Position numbers and translations under genes: made by a program. From sequence record SRR20825006_492: a DNA stretch of 64,000 nucleotides; one strand, 5' to 3'. The notes below the pieces were generated by a model. That model was not told where the DNA came from. It worked only from the letters and a program-made list of their open reading frames with translations, and ran no database searches. Position 1 is the stretch's first letter. Each line of letters starts with the position of its first letter. This document shows positions 29,847 through 40,740 of this stretch, piece by piece.

Positions 29847-31772
29847 ATGAAATTTTCTTCAACCAGCGAAAAATATAAAAATACATTCACTTACACCTTA
29901 TACGGAATGCTATTTGGTTTTGTATTTCCCTTTGTTGCAACGCTATTTGATATAGGTTTAAAAGACCTTTCCTTTACTTTAGCTTCTATTTCGAAAGTTC
30001 AAGTTACAAACCATTTGCATTGGATTATTGATACAGCACCTATTTTTCTAGGTTTATTGGCTGCGCTTGCTGGATATAGAAAAGATGAAGTTGAAGCTAG
30101 TAATAGAGAGTTGGAGCAAAAAGTAGCTCAAAGAACAAAGCGTCTTGAGAGTAAAAATGTTTTGCTGAAAAATGAGATTGAGAGTCGTAAAAAAATAGAG
30201 CTAGCACTTGTTAAAGCAAAAGAAGTAGCAGAGGAAGCGGCGAAGGCAAAAACACAATTTCTCTCTACAATGAGCCACGAAATTAGAACTCCACTTAACG
30301 CCGTAATTGGTCTTTCTGGCTTGTTAGTAGACACAAAACTAAATAACGAGCAGGCAGAGTTTGTAAGTACGATAAACAAAAGTGGTGAGAACTTACTGGG
30401 TATTATAAACAATATTCTAGATTACGCTAAAATAGAATCTGGAAAGTTAGAACTTGAAGAAGTCGAACTTTCAATTGCCTACCTAATTGAAGATGTATTA
30501 GATATTGTGTCGGCTACAAACGTGGATTATAACGTAGAGTTATTATATAAAATCCCTGAAACTGTTCCTGCATATATTATCGGAGATACTACTCGTATTC
30601 AACAAGTACTAGTTAATTTAGTACGGAATGCGATTAAATTTACCGAGGAAGGTGAGATCGTAATTTCTGTTGATTTTGAAAAGAGTAGAGAAGAAGAACA
30701 GAAACTTATTTTCGAGGTTAGGGATACGGGTATTGGTATTCCAGGAAATAAATTGGACGATTTATTTGAAAAATTTTCACAAGTTGACGCAAGCACTACT
30801 CGTAAATACGGAGGAACAGGATTAGGCCTAGCAATATGTAAGAGATTGGTAGAACTGATGGGAGGCACTATTTCTGTTAGTAGTGAGGAGGGTGTTGGAA
30901 GCGCATTTACATTTAGTATTGATGTAAAGAAGAGTGATAAAAAAGAACTAACGCTCCAACCAGAAAGTTTAAAAGGTAAAAAAGTATTCATTCTTGATGA
31001 TAACGACACCAACCTCTACATCTTAAGAGCACAGTGCGAAAAAGCAGGAATGAGTGTTACAACCTACAGCAACCCTCTTGATGTTATCGCCGCAGCGGAT
31101 GAATTAAAGATGTACGATTTGGGTATTTTAGATATGCAAATGCCTAAAAAAAATGGAGTAGAAGTGGCCGAGGCTTTACGAAAAGTATACTCTAAAACGG
31201 AACTTCCGTTAGTGTTGCTGAGCTCTATAATGGAAATGGCAAATAATGAGCAACGGCATCAATTCAACTTATACCTAACAAAACCCATAAAGCAAACTCA
31301 TCTATTAAATAACCTAGCGCGTGTTTTTGGAAATGTAACTGGTATTCTAAGGTCAGAGGAGAAAGAAAAATATGAAGCACTGGGTGTAGGTAGAAAGTTA
31401 AGAATTCTAGTTGCCGAAGATAATATCATAAATCAAAAAGTAGCAGGAAAAATGCTCGAGCGCCTAGGACATGTGTATGATGTAGCTGCGAATGGTGAAG
31501 AAGCTATAGAAATGTGTAGGATGATTGATTACGATATGATTCTAATGGATATGGAAATGCCTGTTATGGATGGTTTGCAAGCAACAAAAGAGCTGACAAA
31601 AATTAAAGATGAGCTTAATAAATTCCCTATTATAATTGCAATGACAGCCAACGCGATGGCAGAAGATCAGAAAAGATGTTTAGATGCTGGGATGAAAGAT
31701 TTTCTGGCTAAGCCAGTAACGCTACAGTCTATGCAGGAAATGTTTATGACTTGGTTTGGTGTTAAGAATTAA
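29847..31772 (+). CDS. Hybrid sensor histidine kinase: 2 TM, HisKA, HATPase, two receiver domains
   Basis: MSHEIRTPLN H-box; DTGIG, FSQVD, GGTGLGL; receivers ILDDN..LDMQMP and VAEDN..LMDMEMP. Confidence 0.92.
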   Translation: MKFSSTSEKYKNTFTYTLYGMLFGFVFPFVATLFDIGLKDLSFTLASISKVQVTNHLHWIIDTAPIFLGLLAALAGYRKDEVEASNRELEQKVAQRTKRLESKNVLLKNEIESRKKIELALVKAKEVAEEAAKAKTQFLSTMSHEIRTPLNAVIGLSGLLVDTKLNNEQAEFVSTINKSGENLLGIINNILDYAKIESGKLELEEVELSIAYLIEDVLDIVSATNVDYNVELLYKIPETVPAYIIGDTTRIQQVLVNLVRNAIKFTEEGEIVISVDFEKSREEEQKLIFEVRDTGIGIPGNKLDDLFEKFSQVDASTTRKYGGTGLGLAICKRLVELMGGTISVSSEEGVGSAFTFSIDVKKSDKKELTLQPESLKGKKVFILDDNDTNLYILRAQCEKAGMSVTTYSNPLDVIAAADELKMYDLGILDMQMPKKNGVEVAEALRKVYSKTELPLVLLSSIMEMANNEQRHQFNLYLTKPIKQTHLLNNLARVFGNVTGILRSEEKEKYEALGVGRKLRILVAEDNIINQKVAGKMLERLGHVYDVAANGEEAIEMCRMIDYDMILMDMEMPVMDGLQATKELTKIKDELNKFPIIIAMTANAMAEDQKRCLDAGMKDFLAKPVTLQSMQEMFMTWFGVKN

Positions 31773-31822
31773 AAATTACATTAAGCATTAATCTGTAGTT
31801 CATCTTTTGGTACCTTAGCCAC

Positions 31823-33088
31823 ATGCAATCTGCTACACCCGATTCCTCCTCTACATTCAGAAAGTTGTTTCCTTGGATATCACTTAGTATCCTAATAATT
31901 ATTTATGTCTCCAGCTTTGTAGATCGGCAAATTATCGCCGTTTTAGCAACTCAAATAAAGACCGAGCTAAGTCTTAGTAATACGCAGATCGGAGTTTTGT
32001 ATGGTCCCGCTTTTTCTTTGGTGTACGCTTTTTTTGGGATATTTATGGGAAGGATTGCCGATCAGTTCTCTAGAAAAAGAATAATTTTGGTTGGCCTTAC
32101 CATTTGGAGTTTAATGACGGTGGCTAGTGGTTTCGCAAGTTCACTATCATTTTTGATTACAGCTCGTCTATTTGTTGGGGTAAGTCAAAGTGCACTAAGC
32201 CCCGCGGTGTACTCACTATTAGCGGATTATTTCAAGCCATCTCAACGAGCAACAGTTTTCTCTTTATACGCCTCGGGAATTTTTATCGGAGTAGGGCTAT
32301 CATTTCTTATTGGTGGCACGGTAGCACAAGCATATGATTGGCGAGTGGCATTAAAAGTTGTTGGACTTCCAGGCATCGGGATAGCATTACTTGGAGCGTT
32401 TGTTCTGAGAGAACCTGTTCGTAAAAAATCGGAAAGCACAACTGTAGGCATTTCCTTCATTGAAGTTTTGAAATTCATCCTGAAAAAGAAAACAGTGTGG
32501 TACTATTTAATAGGATTTTCGCTGCTTTCACTAAGTGGATACACTCTGCTCGCTTTTATAAGTACTGTGCTTACCGATGTATTTGATGCATCGAACAGAG
32601 TTTCTAAATATGGTTGGTTTATGTTTTTGACTGGCGTTGGAATCAATATCTCAGGTTGGTTAGCTGATAAAATTGCAGTTAAATGGGGAGAAGAGAAACG
32701 ATTTGTAATGGGAATTGTAGCTGCTTTAGGTGGAATTCCTTTTTTCTATTTTGGATTGTTTTCGGAATCGGAAACTGCGGCTTTCTTTTTAATTGGAATA
32801 GGAAACGTAATTGCTTCGTCCTATAACGGTGTTGCAGCAGCTCTGATTCAATATTTTGTAGGCTCGGACATGAGAGGAATGGCTGGTGCCATCTACTTAT
32901 TTGTTATAAGTATTGTTGGTTTCGGAGTTGGGCCGCCAGTAACGGGTTGGTTAATGGATAACGTTTTTTTAGGATTGTATGCACCATCACAAGCACTGTT
33001 TTTAGTATTTACAGTGTGTGGAGTATTGGCTACAATCTCATTCTGGTTTGCTATGAAAACCTACCATGCCGATAAAGTAACTGAGTAA
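31823..33088 (+). CDS. MFS transporter (spinster-like)
   Basis: 12 hydrophobic segments; FVDRQI; motif A GRIADQFSRKR. Confidence 0.88.
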   Translation: MQSATPDSSSTFRKLFPWISLSILIIIYVSSFVDRQIIAVLATQIKTELSLSNTQIGVLYGPAFSLVYAFFGIFMGRIADQFSRKRIILVGLTIWSLMTVASGFASSLSFLITARLFVGVSQSALSPAVYSLLADYFKPSQRATVFSLYASGIFIGVGLSFLIGGTVAQAYDWRVALKVVGLPGIGIALLGAFVLREPVRKKSESTTVGISFIEVLKFILKKKTVWYYLIGFSLLSLSGYTLLAFISTVLTDVFDASNRVSKYGWFMFLTGVGINISGWLADKIAVKWGEEKRFVMGIVAALGGIPFFYFGLFSESETAAFFLIGIGNVIASSYNGVAAALIQYFVGSDMRGMAGAIYLFVISIVGFGVGPPVTGWLMDNVFLGLYAPSQALFLVFTVCGVLATISFWFAMKTYHADKVTE

Positions 33089-33101
33089 TCTAGCTAACTA
33101 T

Positions 33102-35651
33102 TTATTGCTCAGCTTGAGTTTTTGGAAGTATACGATTTGATCTAAAAAGTGGATCGCCAGCCTGCAAAATTTTCATTCGGAGTTGGTTGTTATAATCAGG
33201 ATGATTAGACAAAAATTCGCGGACAGTTTTAACGGCCGAGTCGGAGCGATAATTACCCAAAGTAACATCTACCCAGCGTTTTGGGAAAAAGATATCGCCC
33301 GTAACTTGGATTTCCTCAAGAAGTTCTAAACTAGGTAGAATGTACTTTTCGGAATCTTTTGTACGTAGTGGATGATGAAGATAACCCAAGGCTCCAAGTA
33401 CCCAAGATTCTGTTTGACGATTTTTCTCATCAGATAACGATTCAAAAAATTCATCTCGAACTTGTTGGTTGTTGGAAAGCGAAGGAAGTATAAATTCAAA
33501 CCGCCGTTTTCTGTCGGGATTGGCAATTGCGCTGAGTTGATTTTGTGTAATTTCCGCGGCTTTGGCAGGAAGTTTAATTGCCAAGGTACCAGTGAGACCT
33601 ATAAAGTCATTTTCAGAAAGCTTGAGTCCTTTTATGCTGAGTTTTTTTGTCCAAATAGTGTACAATTTGGTGATAGCATCTTCGGTAAGGGAGACACTTT
33701 CAAATGTGTTGAAGAAAGTCTTTTTTCTGCTACTTTCTTTTTGATTAAGCATGATTTTCCAAATAGTAGTCTCGAGATTTGGAGCCACAGCAAGGCGTTC
33801 ATCTTCCGAAAGTAAATCCCAATAAATACTCCGAATGTGACCAAGTGCTAGATTTAGTAGCAATTGATTCTGCTCAGATTTGACAATATCAGTTAGCTGG
33901 CTAAGATATTTTTTAGGTTCAATGGAGCCTTCTAACAGATTTTCGTAAATGTTGATGAGTAAACTTCCTTTGGCTACGTCGTCTAGTTTATCCCAGTCCT
34001 CGAGATACGCTAGCTGAGTTGGGAAAAGTCCATATCCAAAACCGTTAGAATTCAAAAACTCGTAATAAGAATGACCTTGAACATCTACAGTTACAACTTC
34101 AGCATTACTGAGCACAGTAACTGAGGTGAATGCTGATTCCTGTCTGGCAGTTAACTCGAACGATTGGAGCCAAACGCGGTGTTTATCTGTAGGGTCAATT
34201 TGCGTGATTTCGAACGCTCCGTAATCTAATCTAGCATTCTTAAAATGCGGTCTGCCCGATGTATTCACCCAAACTTCACTCCAATTCTTTAAATCAGAGC
34301 TAGATTTTTTATCTAGAATTTCGATTAAGTTTGGCCAAGTTGCGTTATCGAAAGAGTAGGTGCTTAAATATTCCTGTAGTCCTTCTTGGAAAACATCTTC
34401 GCCAACTAGAAGCTCAAGCTGACGCATCATAATGGGTGCTTTGTTGTAGATGATATCACCATACATAGTGCCCGCTTGATTCAAATTTGGCAGATATTGT
34501 CGGATTGGATTGGCGCTTTCGGTTCTATCCACAGAATACGCGCTTGGGTAGTGGCGTACCAAAAAATTCAGGTCGTGGTTGATATCAGGAAAACTTGGAT
34601 TTACGATTTTTGAAGCCATGAAATTAGCGAACACCTCTTTTGTCCAAACATCATTAAACCAATTCATTGTAACCAGATCACCAAACCACATGTGTGCAGT
34701 TTCGTGTGCGATTAGACTGGCTCTACTTAGTAATTGTGAATCTGAGGGTGATTCATCTAAGAATAAACTAGAAGCCCTATATTGAATTGCGCCAACATGC
34801 TCCATGCCACCATATTGAAAAGAAGGAATGAGTGCGAAATCGAATTTTTGAAATGGGTAGGAAATCCCTGTGTAAGTATCCAACCAGTTTAATGCAGTGC
34901 CATGAAGTTCGAAGATGGCGTCAGAATTCCGTTCTACTTTTTCTGAATCTGTCTCGCGATGAAGCATCGTCATTTCTCGACCATTAACTGTTCGTGTAAC
35001 GGCTTCAAATTTCCCCACAACAAAAGAAAATAGGTATGAGCTAATGAGATCAGACTCTGAGAATTGAATTTCTTTTTGTTGGTTCTCCGTAGTTATTTCG
35101 GCTACGGGAGCATTCGAAATGGCCTCCCAATCTTCAGGAATAGTAAGGCGGAGTTTGTACGTTGCTTTGAGATTAGGTTGATCGAATAAAGGAAATGCCG
35201 TGCGAGCTCGATCGGGTACGAAAAGTGTGTATAAGTACTCAGGATTTCTGTTAAGTGAACTTTCTCCGGCTGTAAAAATTATATCTACAGAATTAATGCC
35301 TTTAGTTAGTAAAGATTTATCTAAATAGAGATGCTCGTTTTCGAATATCGTTTCTGTAGGAGTTCCATTTATAACCACTTGTTGTAGATGTTCGGAGCTT
35401 TCTCTAAAGTCGAGTGGGATATCTTGGGAAACATCAGAAAGCATAAATGTAATCGTTTCCATTCCATAGATAGGCTGTTCAATTTCTCTGGGGATGGTGA
35501 GCTGCAAATCATATCTCAAATTTGAAATAACTGACTTTCGAAATTCAGCTAGCTTAAGAGAAATGCCAGGTTCGTTAGTTATAGGTTTCGTACAACTGAG
35601 CATACTAGTAACTAATAAAAGCAGTAAAACAGGAAGGAAAGATTTTGTCAT
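33102..35651 (-). CDS. M1-family aminopeptidase, probable lipoprotein; ATG 35651 preferred
   Basis: GGMEH exopeptidase motif; HETAH-x18-E zinc motif; IYNK Tyr; lipobox LSC. Confidence 0.9.
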   Translation of the reverse strand: MTKSFLPVLLLLLVTSMLSCTKPITNEPGISLKLAEFRKSVISNLRYDLQLTIPREIEQPIYGMETITFMLSDVSQDIPLDFRESSEHLQQVVINGTPTETIFENEHLYLDKSLLTKGINSVDIIFTAGESSLNRNPEYLYTLFVPDRARTAFPLFDQPNLKATYKLRLTIPEDWEAISNAPVAEITTENQQKEIQFSESDLISSYLFSFVVGKFEAVTRTVNGREMTMLHRETDSEKVERNSDAIFELHGTALNWLDTYTGISYPFQKFDFALIPSFQYGGMEHVGAIQYRASSLFLDESPSDSQLLSRASLIAHETAHMWFGDLVTMNWFNDVWTKEVFANFMASKIVNPSFPDINHDLNFLVRHYPSAYSVDRTESANPIRQYLPNLNQAGTMYGDIIYNKAPIMMRQLELLVGEDVFQEGLQEYLSTYSFDNATWPNLIEILDKKSSSDLKNWSEVWVNTSGRPHFKNARLDYGAFEITQIDPTDKHRVWLQSFELTARQESAFTSVTVLSNAEVVTVDVQGHSYYEFLNSNGFGYGLFPTQLAYLEDWDKLDDVAKGSLLINIYENLLEGSIEPKKYLSQLTDIVKSEQNQLLLNLALGHIRSIYWDLLSEDERLAVAPNLETTIWKIMLNQKESSRKKTFFNTFESVSLTEDAITKLYTIWTKKLSIKGLKLSENDFIGLTGTLAIKLPAKAAEITQNQLSAIANPDRKRRFEFILPSLSNNQQVRDEFFESLSDEKNRQTESWVLGALGYLHHPLRTKDSEKYILPSLELLEEIQVTGDIFFPKRWVDVTLGNYRSDSAVKTVREFLSNHPDYNNQLRMKILQAGDPLFRSNRILPKTQAEQ

Positions 35652-35695
35652 TGTATTAAAACAGTTAATCAAGGATGCAATCAATCTACTAAAAT

Positions 35696-35732
35696 AAAAA
35701 ACCTCTACAACAATGAAGTTATAGAGGTTTTT
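35696..35732 (-). terminator. Probable terminator after the FKBP gene
   Basis: AAAAAACCTCTA ... TAGAGGTTTTT inverted repeat with A/T tails. Confidence 0.7.
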
Positions 35733-35755
35733 AAAATTCGTGAAGGTAAATAGTC

Positions 35756-36253
35756 TTAATTGACATCTAACAATGTAATCTCAAAAATTAGGTTTGAATT
35801 GGCAGGGATGTCTCCATTAGCACGAGAGCCATAAGAATATACCGATGGCAAATATAGTGTAATAGTACCACCTTCTTTTACTTTTGGAATACCAATTTGC
35901 CAGCCAACTATTAAGTTTCTAAGTGGAAAGCTGATTGGAGTGTCTCGTGAGTCAAAAACAGCTCCATTACTCATCAACTTACCTTGATAGGTTACTGTGG
36001 CAATACTGCATAAATCTGCCTTGCCACCTGTTCCTTCTTTATTGATAACATAACGAATGCCCGTTTCATCAGTTTGGGCATTAATTTCATTTTCGAGTAA
36101 ATAAGCATCAATAGCTGCAATATCTATGGCAAGCTGATCCTGAGAAACCAATAAATTCGTTTCTGATGAACACCCCTCGTTTTTATCACATCCACTAAAA
36201 GTAAAAATTGATAGAACGACGAAAAATGGAATTGTGAAGAGAGCTTTTTTCAA
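35756..36253 (-). CDS. FKBP-type peptidyl-prolyl isomerase lipoprotein
   Basis: Lipobox FSGC; YQGKL..G.VFDS, LIVGWQIG, LPSVYSYG, IPANSNLIFEI. Confidence 0.9.
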   Translation of the reverse strand: MKKALFTIPFFVVLSIFTFSGCDKNEGCSSETNLLVSQDQLAIDIAAIDAYLLENEINAQTDETGIRYVINKEGTGGKADLCSIATVTYQGKLMSNGAVFDSRDTPISFPLRNLIVGWQIGIPKVKEGGTITLYLPSVYSYGSRANGDIPANSNLIFEITLLDVN

Positions 36254-36438
36254 AGTAGATGAGATAATTTTTATAGGTCAAATTTGAATGGTAAATATAG
36301 CTATCAAAAATGGTAAAGAGCTAGATGAAGTTTATAAAAGGGAGATAAAAGCTTAACTATATCTTACACTTACTATGTAGTATTATTTTGATATTATTAG
36401 AAGATATGAGTAAAATACTTATAATAAATGGAGATGAT

Positions 36439-37452
36439 ATGAGGTACCCTTTATTAATAACAGTTACTCTAGTACTTTTTCTTTGTAGTTGTGGGTTATC
36501 TACGGAAGAAAATAAAAAGGAGAGTGATCCTTCCTTTGAACTCATGGAACAGCCCCATTTTACAAGTAGGCCAATCACGGACCTTTATATTGATAGCAAC
36601 GGAATCAATTATATTGGAACCTTTGAAGGAATTGCAATTGACCATCTTCAAGGTGATTTTTCCTATTTAGATGCAGAGGTAACATCCAAATCAGCTCGTA
36701 TTAAAGAAATGTACGGTGTTTATTACGCGCGGGTTGGTGATAAATCTCTGATATCATCAACCGATGGTAAAAATTGGACTGAAGTATTGAGGTTGAGGGA
36801 ATCTATTTATGACTATGTAGTTTTGAAAAGAGGCCGAATTGTTATTGGTAGCTTCGAAGGTGTGTATTACAAAGACCCCGATGAAACGGAGTGGACTAAC
36901 AAGAGATTCTTTTTTGTAGGAAATAGCATCTCTAACCCAAATAGGATTAGTCATTTGGTAGAGTCGAAAGAAGGTGGTGTATTCGCAGGTACCCATCATG
37001 GAATTTATAGGTCGATGGATGAGGGTGAAAATTGGGAACGAGTTTCAGACCTAATACCAAGTGAAGAGGATGATGTATCTCAATTATTAGTAAAGGAGAA
37101 TGGAGATATTTTGGCCTATGGCACAAGGTATGCGTTTGTAAGTGAGGATAATGGTGACACGTGGTTTACTTCTACTTTGCCAAGTAGAGGCGTATTTAAA
37201 GCAATTGAAGATAATGGGATTGAGTATATCCTAATTGGAGGAAACATTTGGACTCGAAGAACAAGCCGTGATATATATGTGAATCTTGAAATTGCTGATG
37301 AGTTGGAAGAAAATTTCCCCGCGGCAACAGCAAATATTGATAATTTTTTTCTGCGAGGAGAAAAGCTTCTAATCTATAATTCGGTGTACCCGTCCAGTAT
37401 ATACTCAGGAATTCGAGTTGATGAATCTGATATTTGGGATAAATTGAAGTAA
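36439..37452 (+). CDS. Hypothetical lipoprotein with BNR/Asp-box beta-propeller repeats; ATG 36439 preferred
   Basis: MRYPLL..CSC lipoprotein signal; STDGKNW, SMDEGENW, SEDNGDTW Asp-boxes; GGAG upstream. Confidence 0.75.
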   Translation: MRYPLLITVTLVLFLCSCGLSTEENKKESDPSFELMEQPHFTSRPITDLYIDSNGINYIGTFEGIAIDHLQGDFSYLDAEVTSKSARIKEMYGVYYARVGDKSLISSTDGKNWTEVLRLRESIYDYVVLKRGRIVIGSFEGVYYKDPDETEWTNKRFFFVGNSISNPNRISHLVESKEGGVFAGTHHGIYRSMDEGENWERVSDLIPSEEDDVSQLLVKENGDILAYGTRYAFVSEDNGDTWFTSTLPSRGVFKAIEDNGIEYILIGGNIWTRRTSRDIYVNLEIADELEENFPAATANIDNFFLRGEKLLIYNSVYPSSIYSGIRVDESDIWDKLK

Positions 37453-37464
37453 ATCATCTTCCAT

Positions 37465-37499
37465 AAAAAAGCTCCGATATTGTAGTATCGGAGCTTTTT
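37465..37499. terminator. Bidirectional terminator
   Basis: AAAAAAGCTCCGATA ... TATCGGAGCTTTTT between convergent genes. Confidence 0.88.
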
Positions 37500-37524
37500 A
37501 ATCTTAAAATAAATAAGCTAAAAA

Positions 37525-38946
37525 TTACACTTCGTTCAGTGCTTCATTTAATGCTTGTAGACTTTTCTTGGCATCACCAAAGAACATCTGATTCTTTTCG
37601 TCATAAAATAGCGGATTGTCAATTCCTGCATAACCAACACTTAAACTACGTTTGAAAACGATAGTGCGTTTTGCTTCATCAACATTAAGAATAGGCATGC
37701 CATAGATAGGACTACTTGGCGAAGTTTTTGCCATCGGGTTTACCACATCATTAGCACCAATAATAAGAACTACGTCGGTTGAGGCAAACTCAGCATTGAT
37801 TTGATCTAAATCGTACAATAAATCGTAAGGAACATCCGCTTCAGCAAGTAAAACGTTCATGTGACCTGGCATTCGTCCAGCTACAGGATGGATACCATAT
37901 TTAACCTGAACACCTTTGGCCTCTAATTTTGATGCTACTTCTTTAACAACATGTTGTGCCTGTGCAACAGCAAGTCCATAACCAGGGACAATAACAACCT
38001 TAGAGGCGTATGCAATTTGGATGGCTAAGTCATCTGCGGAAGTTTCGCGAACGGTTTTATCACCATCTTCACCTCCACCGCTAGAGCTTCCACTGTCACC
38101 ACCAAAAGTGCCGAATATTACATTGAACAAAGAGCGATTCATCGCTTTACACATAATATTGGTGAGGATTAAACCTGCTGCGCCAACTAAAGCTCCCGAT
38201 ACAATAAGCAGACTGTTGCCAAGTGCAAAACCTGCTAACGAAGCTGCCAAACCTGAATACGAGTTCAAAAGTGAAATAACTACGGGCATATCTGCACCAC
38301 CAATCGGAATTACAGAGGTGATACCAATGAGTAATGAGATGCCTAAAATCACCCAAAATATCATCATGTTGGACGGATCGAAAGTAAACACACCCACTAA
38401 AGCCAATACCGCAATCATAGAGCCAATATTGATATAGTTTAGTCCTGGAAAGGTAATCGCATTGCCAGAAATAAAACCTTTCAGTTTACCGAAAGCGACA
38501 AAACTTCCTGTAAATGTTAGCGAGCCAATAAAAATACTTAAACCAACCGTAACCAAAACAGCGGTGTCAAGTGCCATAACATCGGGTGTTCTAGCTAATT
38601 CTCCCCAAGCAACAAGGGCAGAAGCAGCGCCACCAAAACCATTAAAAATGGCAACTAATTCGGGCATGGCAGTCATTGCTACTCTTTTAGCTGCAACGGC
38701 ACCAATTAAGCTACCTACTACAACGCCAGCAATTATCCACTCAAAAGAAACAATTTCTCTATCAAATAGTGTGACAACAATTCCAATTAACATACCAATG
38801 GCGGCAAGTTGATTTCCTTTACGAGCAGTTGCGGGCGAACCGAGTAATTTTATCCCTCGGATAAAGAAAGCAGTAGCAACTAAATAAATAATCTGAATGG
38901 CATCTGGCAGCCAAGTAGTGAAAGACTCTGGTAAAAACTGGTTCAT
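37525..38946 (-). CDS. pntB: NAD(P) transhydrogenase beta subunit
   Basis: MTAMPELVA, IGGADMPVVISLLNSYSG, PGYGLAVAQAQ, HPVAGRMPGHMNVLLAEA, GANDVVNP. Confidence 0.97.
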   Translation of the reverse strand: MNQFLPESFTTWLPDAIQIIYLVATAFFIRGIKLLGSPATARKGNQLAAIGMLIGIVVTLFDREIVSFEWIIAGVVVGSLIGAVAAKRVAMTAMPELVAIFNGFGGAASALVAWGELARTPDVMALDTAVLVTVGLSIFIGSLTFTGSFVAFGKLKGFISGNAITFPGLNYINIGSMIAVLALVGVFTFDPSNMMIFWVILGISLLIGITSVIPIGGADMPVVISLLNSYSGLAASLAGFALGNSLLIVSGALVGAAGLILTNIMCKAMNRSLFNVIFGTFGGDSGSSSGGGEDGDKTVRETSADDLAIQIAYASKVVIVPGYGLAVAQAQHVVKEVASKLEAKGVQVKYGIHPVAGRMPGHMNVLLAEADVPYDLLYDLDQINAEFASTDVVLIIGANDVVNPMAKTSPSSPIYGMPILNVDEAKRTIVFKRSLSVGYAGIDNPLFYDEKNQMFFGDAKKSLQALNEALNEV

Positions 38947-39242
38947 TTGTCATCTCCTTTTTTCTTGAACATCTCAAGCATTCGGTCGGTAACCATAAAA
39001 CCACCAACTACGTTTATCATCGCAAATACAATGGCAATAAAGCCAATCCATTTTGCCATTGGTCCACCTACACTGCCGGAAACAATAAGTGCTCCAACTA
39101 TGGTAATACCTGAAATAGCATTTGCACCACTCATGAGCGGTGTGTGCAGGGTTGGCGGTACTTTTGAAATGAGTTCAAAGCCAATAAAGCAGGCTAGAAC
39201 AAAAATGAATAATGAAAATATTAAGACTGACATAAGATTCAA
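38943..39242 (-). CDS. pntA: NAD(P) transhydrogenase alpha subunit, membrane part (alternative ATG 39233)
   Basis: VPPTLHTPLMSGANAISG, INVVGGFMVTDRMLEMF; stop overlaps the pntB start (ATGA). Confidence 0.94.
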   Translation of the reverse strand: MNLMSVLIFSLFIFVLACFIGFELISKVPPTLHTPLMSGANAISGITIVGALIVSGSVGGPMAKWIGFIAIVFAMINVVGGFMVTDRMLEMFKKKGDDK

Positions 39243-39257
39243 TTAGGAACATCAGAG

Positions 39258-39281
39258 TTAGGAATAGCGAACTATTCTTAA
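39258..39281 (-). other. Intercistronic UUCG-tetraloop hairpin between the two pntA parts
   Basis: Minus strand TTAAGAATAG TTCG CTATTCCTAA, 9 of 10 pairs, no U tail. Confidence 0.45.
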
Positions 39282-39289
39282 TGCTGTAT

Positions 39290-40411
39290 TCAGTTTTTCT
39301 TAACTAATGGTGAAATTATTTCCCCTTGATGGGTGATGGTAGTGTTTAGCAGAATTTCGTCTTCAAAATTGAAATTCACGGCTCCATCTTTAATCAATAG
39401 GTTTAAAAGAGCTAGTATGTTTTTAGCATACAGTAAACTTGCATGGTTTGCTAATTGGCTAGGTAGGTTAATAGGCCCCACAATCTTCACTTCGTTAACA
39501 ACTTGTGTGGTTCCTGCTTGGGTTAACTCACAGTTTCCACCATTTTCAGCAGCAAGATCAACAATTACTGAACCAGGCTTCATATCATGTACCATTTCCT
39601 TAGTAACAAGGAGTGGAGCAGGTCGGCCAGGAATCAATGCTGTTGTTATTACGATATCTGATTTTTTAACATGCTCGTGAATAACTTGTCGTTGACGATC
39701 TTGATTATCTTTCGAAAGTTCTTTGGCGTATCCACCTTTTGTTTCGGTATTCTCTTCTTCAAGAGGAACTTCAACGAATTTACCGCCTAAACTTTCAACT
39801 TGCTCTTTTACAGCAGGTCGTACATCAAAAGCTTCTACTACAGCCCCTAACTTACGGCAAGTAGCTATGGCTTGTAATCCTGCAACACCTGCACCAAGAA
39901 TCAAAGCTTTGGAAGGAGGAATAGTGCCCGCAGCAGTCATCATCATTGGCATGTATTTATCTAATTCATTGGCAGCAATTAGCGAAGCTTTATAACCAGC
40001 AATGGAACTCATGGATGAAAGTGCATCCATGTTTTGCGCTCGTGAAATTCTTGGGATAGCATCCATTCCTAATGCAGAAATGCCTAACTCTTTGAGAGTA
40101 GCTACCAATTCGGCATGTTGTAACGCCCAAATGAAGCAAACTAACGTAGCTTCTTTCTTAAGTTTCTTTAAATCTTCAAGCTCTGGTGTCTGTACAGCTA
40201 GAACAATATCAGCTTTACTTAAAGCTTCATCTCTAGTTACCACTTTGGTACCAATTGCTTCATACTGAGGGTCTAGAAAGTTGGATGAAAGTCCGGCATC
40301 TTTTTCTACCCAAACGTCTAACTCTTTCTTTACGAATTGACCCGCTACTTCTGGCGATAATGCTACTCGCTTTTCGTATTCAGCGGTTTCTTTTAACACT
40401 GCAATAATCAA
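39290..40411 (-). CDS. pntA: NAD(P) transhydrogenase alpha subunit, soluble NAD-binding part; TTG 40411 preferred
   Basis: EKRVALSP, PRISRAQ, GAGVAGLQA, TTALIPGRPAP, DLAAENGGNC; GGAGG SD just upstream of TTG 40411. Confidence 0.95.
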   Translation of the reverse strand: MIIAVLKETAEYEKRVALSPEVAGQFVKKELDVWVEKDAGLSSNFLDPQYEAIGTKVVTRDEALSKADIVLAVQTPELEDLKKLKKEATLVCFIWALQHAELVATLKELGISALGMDAIPRISRAQNMDALSSMSSIAGYKASLIAANELDKYMPMMMTAAGTIPPSKALILGAGVAGLQAIATCRKLGAVVEAFDVRPAVKEQVESLGGKFVEVPLEEENTETKGGYAKELSKDNQDRQRQVIHEHVKKSDIVITTALIPGRPAPLLVTKEMVHDMKPGSVIVDLAAENGGNCELTQAGTTQVVNEVKIVGPINLPSQLANHASLLYAKNILALLNLLIKDGAVNFNFEDEILLNTTITHQGEIISPLVKKN

Positions 40412-40740
40412 AATAATCCTCCAACATTTGTTTGGCACAACATAACTAAATCAGCGATTACGCCAAAAAAATTGGGAGCGCTTTTTTAAAATTATGATAA
40501 CACATCGTAAAGTCTAATCCTTTGATTGTAAAACTTCTGTGTGAACTAATTATGAATTATAAAGATTGTAGACAGAATAGCTAGTAAGGTCACAAATATT
40601 AGGTTCGTTTTGGACAGGGCTTTTATTTCGAATCTGTGACAAGCATATTTACAATGCTTATTAGCTTGATAGAATTAAAGTCTCAATCCAAAAGCTGAAT
40701 TTTTGTATTATTGAGTGACCAAAATTTTTAAAAGAGTATT

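Noticed and set aside
37525-40411. Split pntA as a frameshift or pseudogene
   Set aside because: The three-gene transhydrogenase arrangement (alpha1, alpha2, beta) is an established natural form
40492-40510. TTATGAT-N5-ATCGTAA dyad upstream of pntA as a Rex operator
   Set aside because: Spacing and sequence deviate from TTGTGAA-N4-TTCACAA, and AT-rich dyads arise by chance
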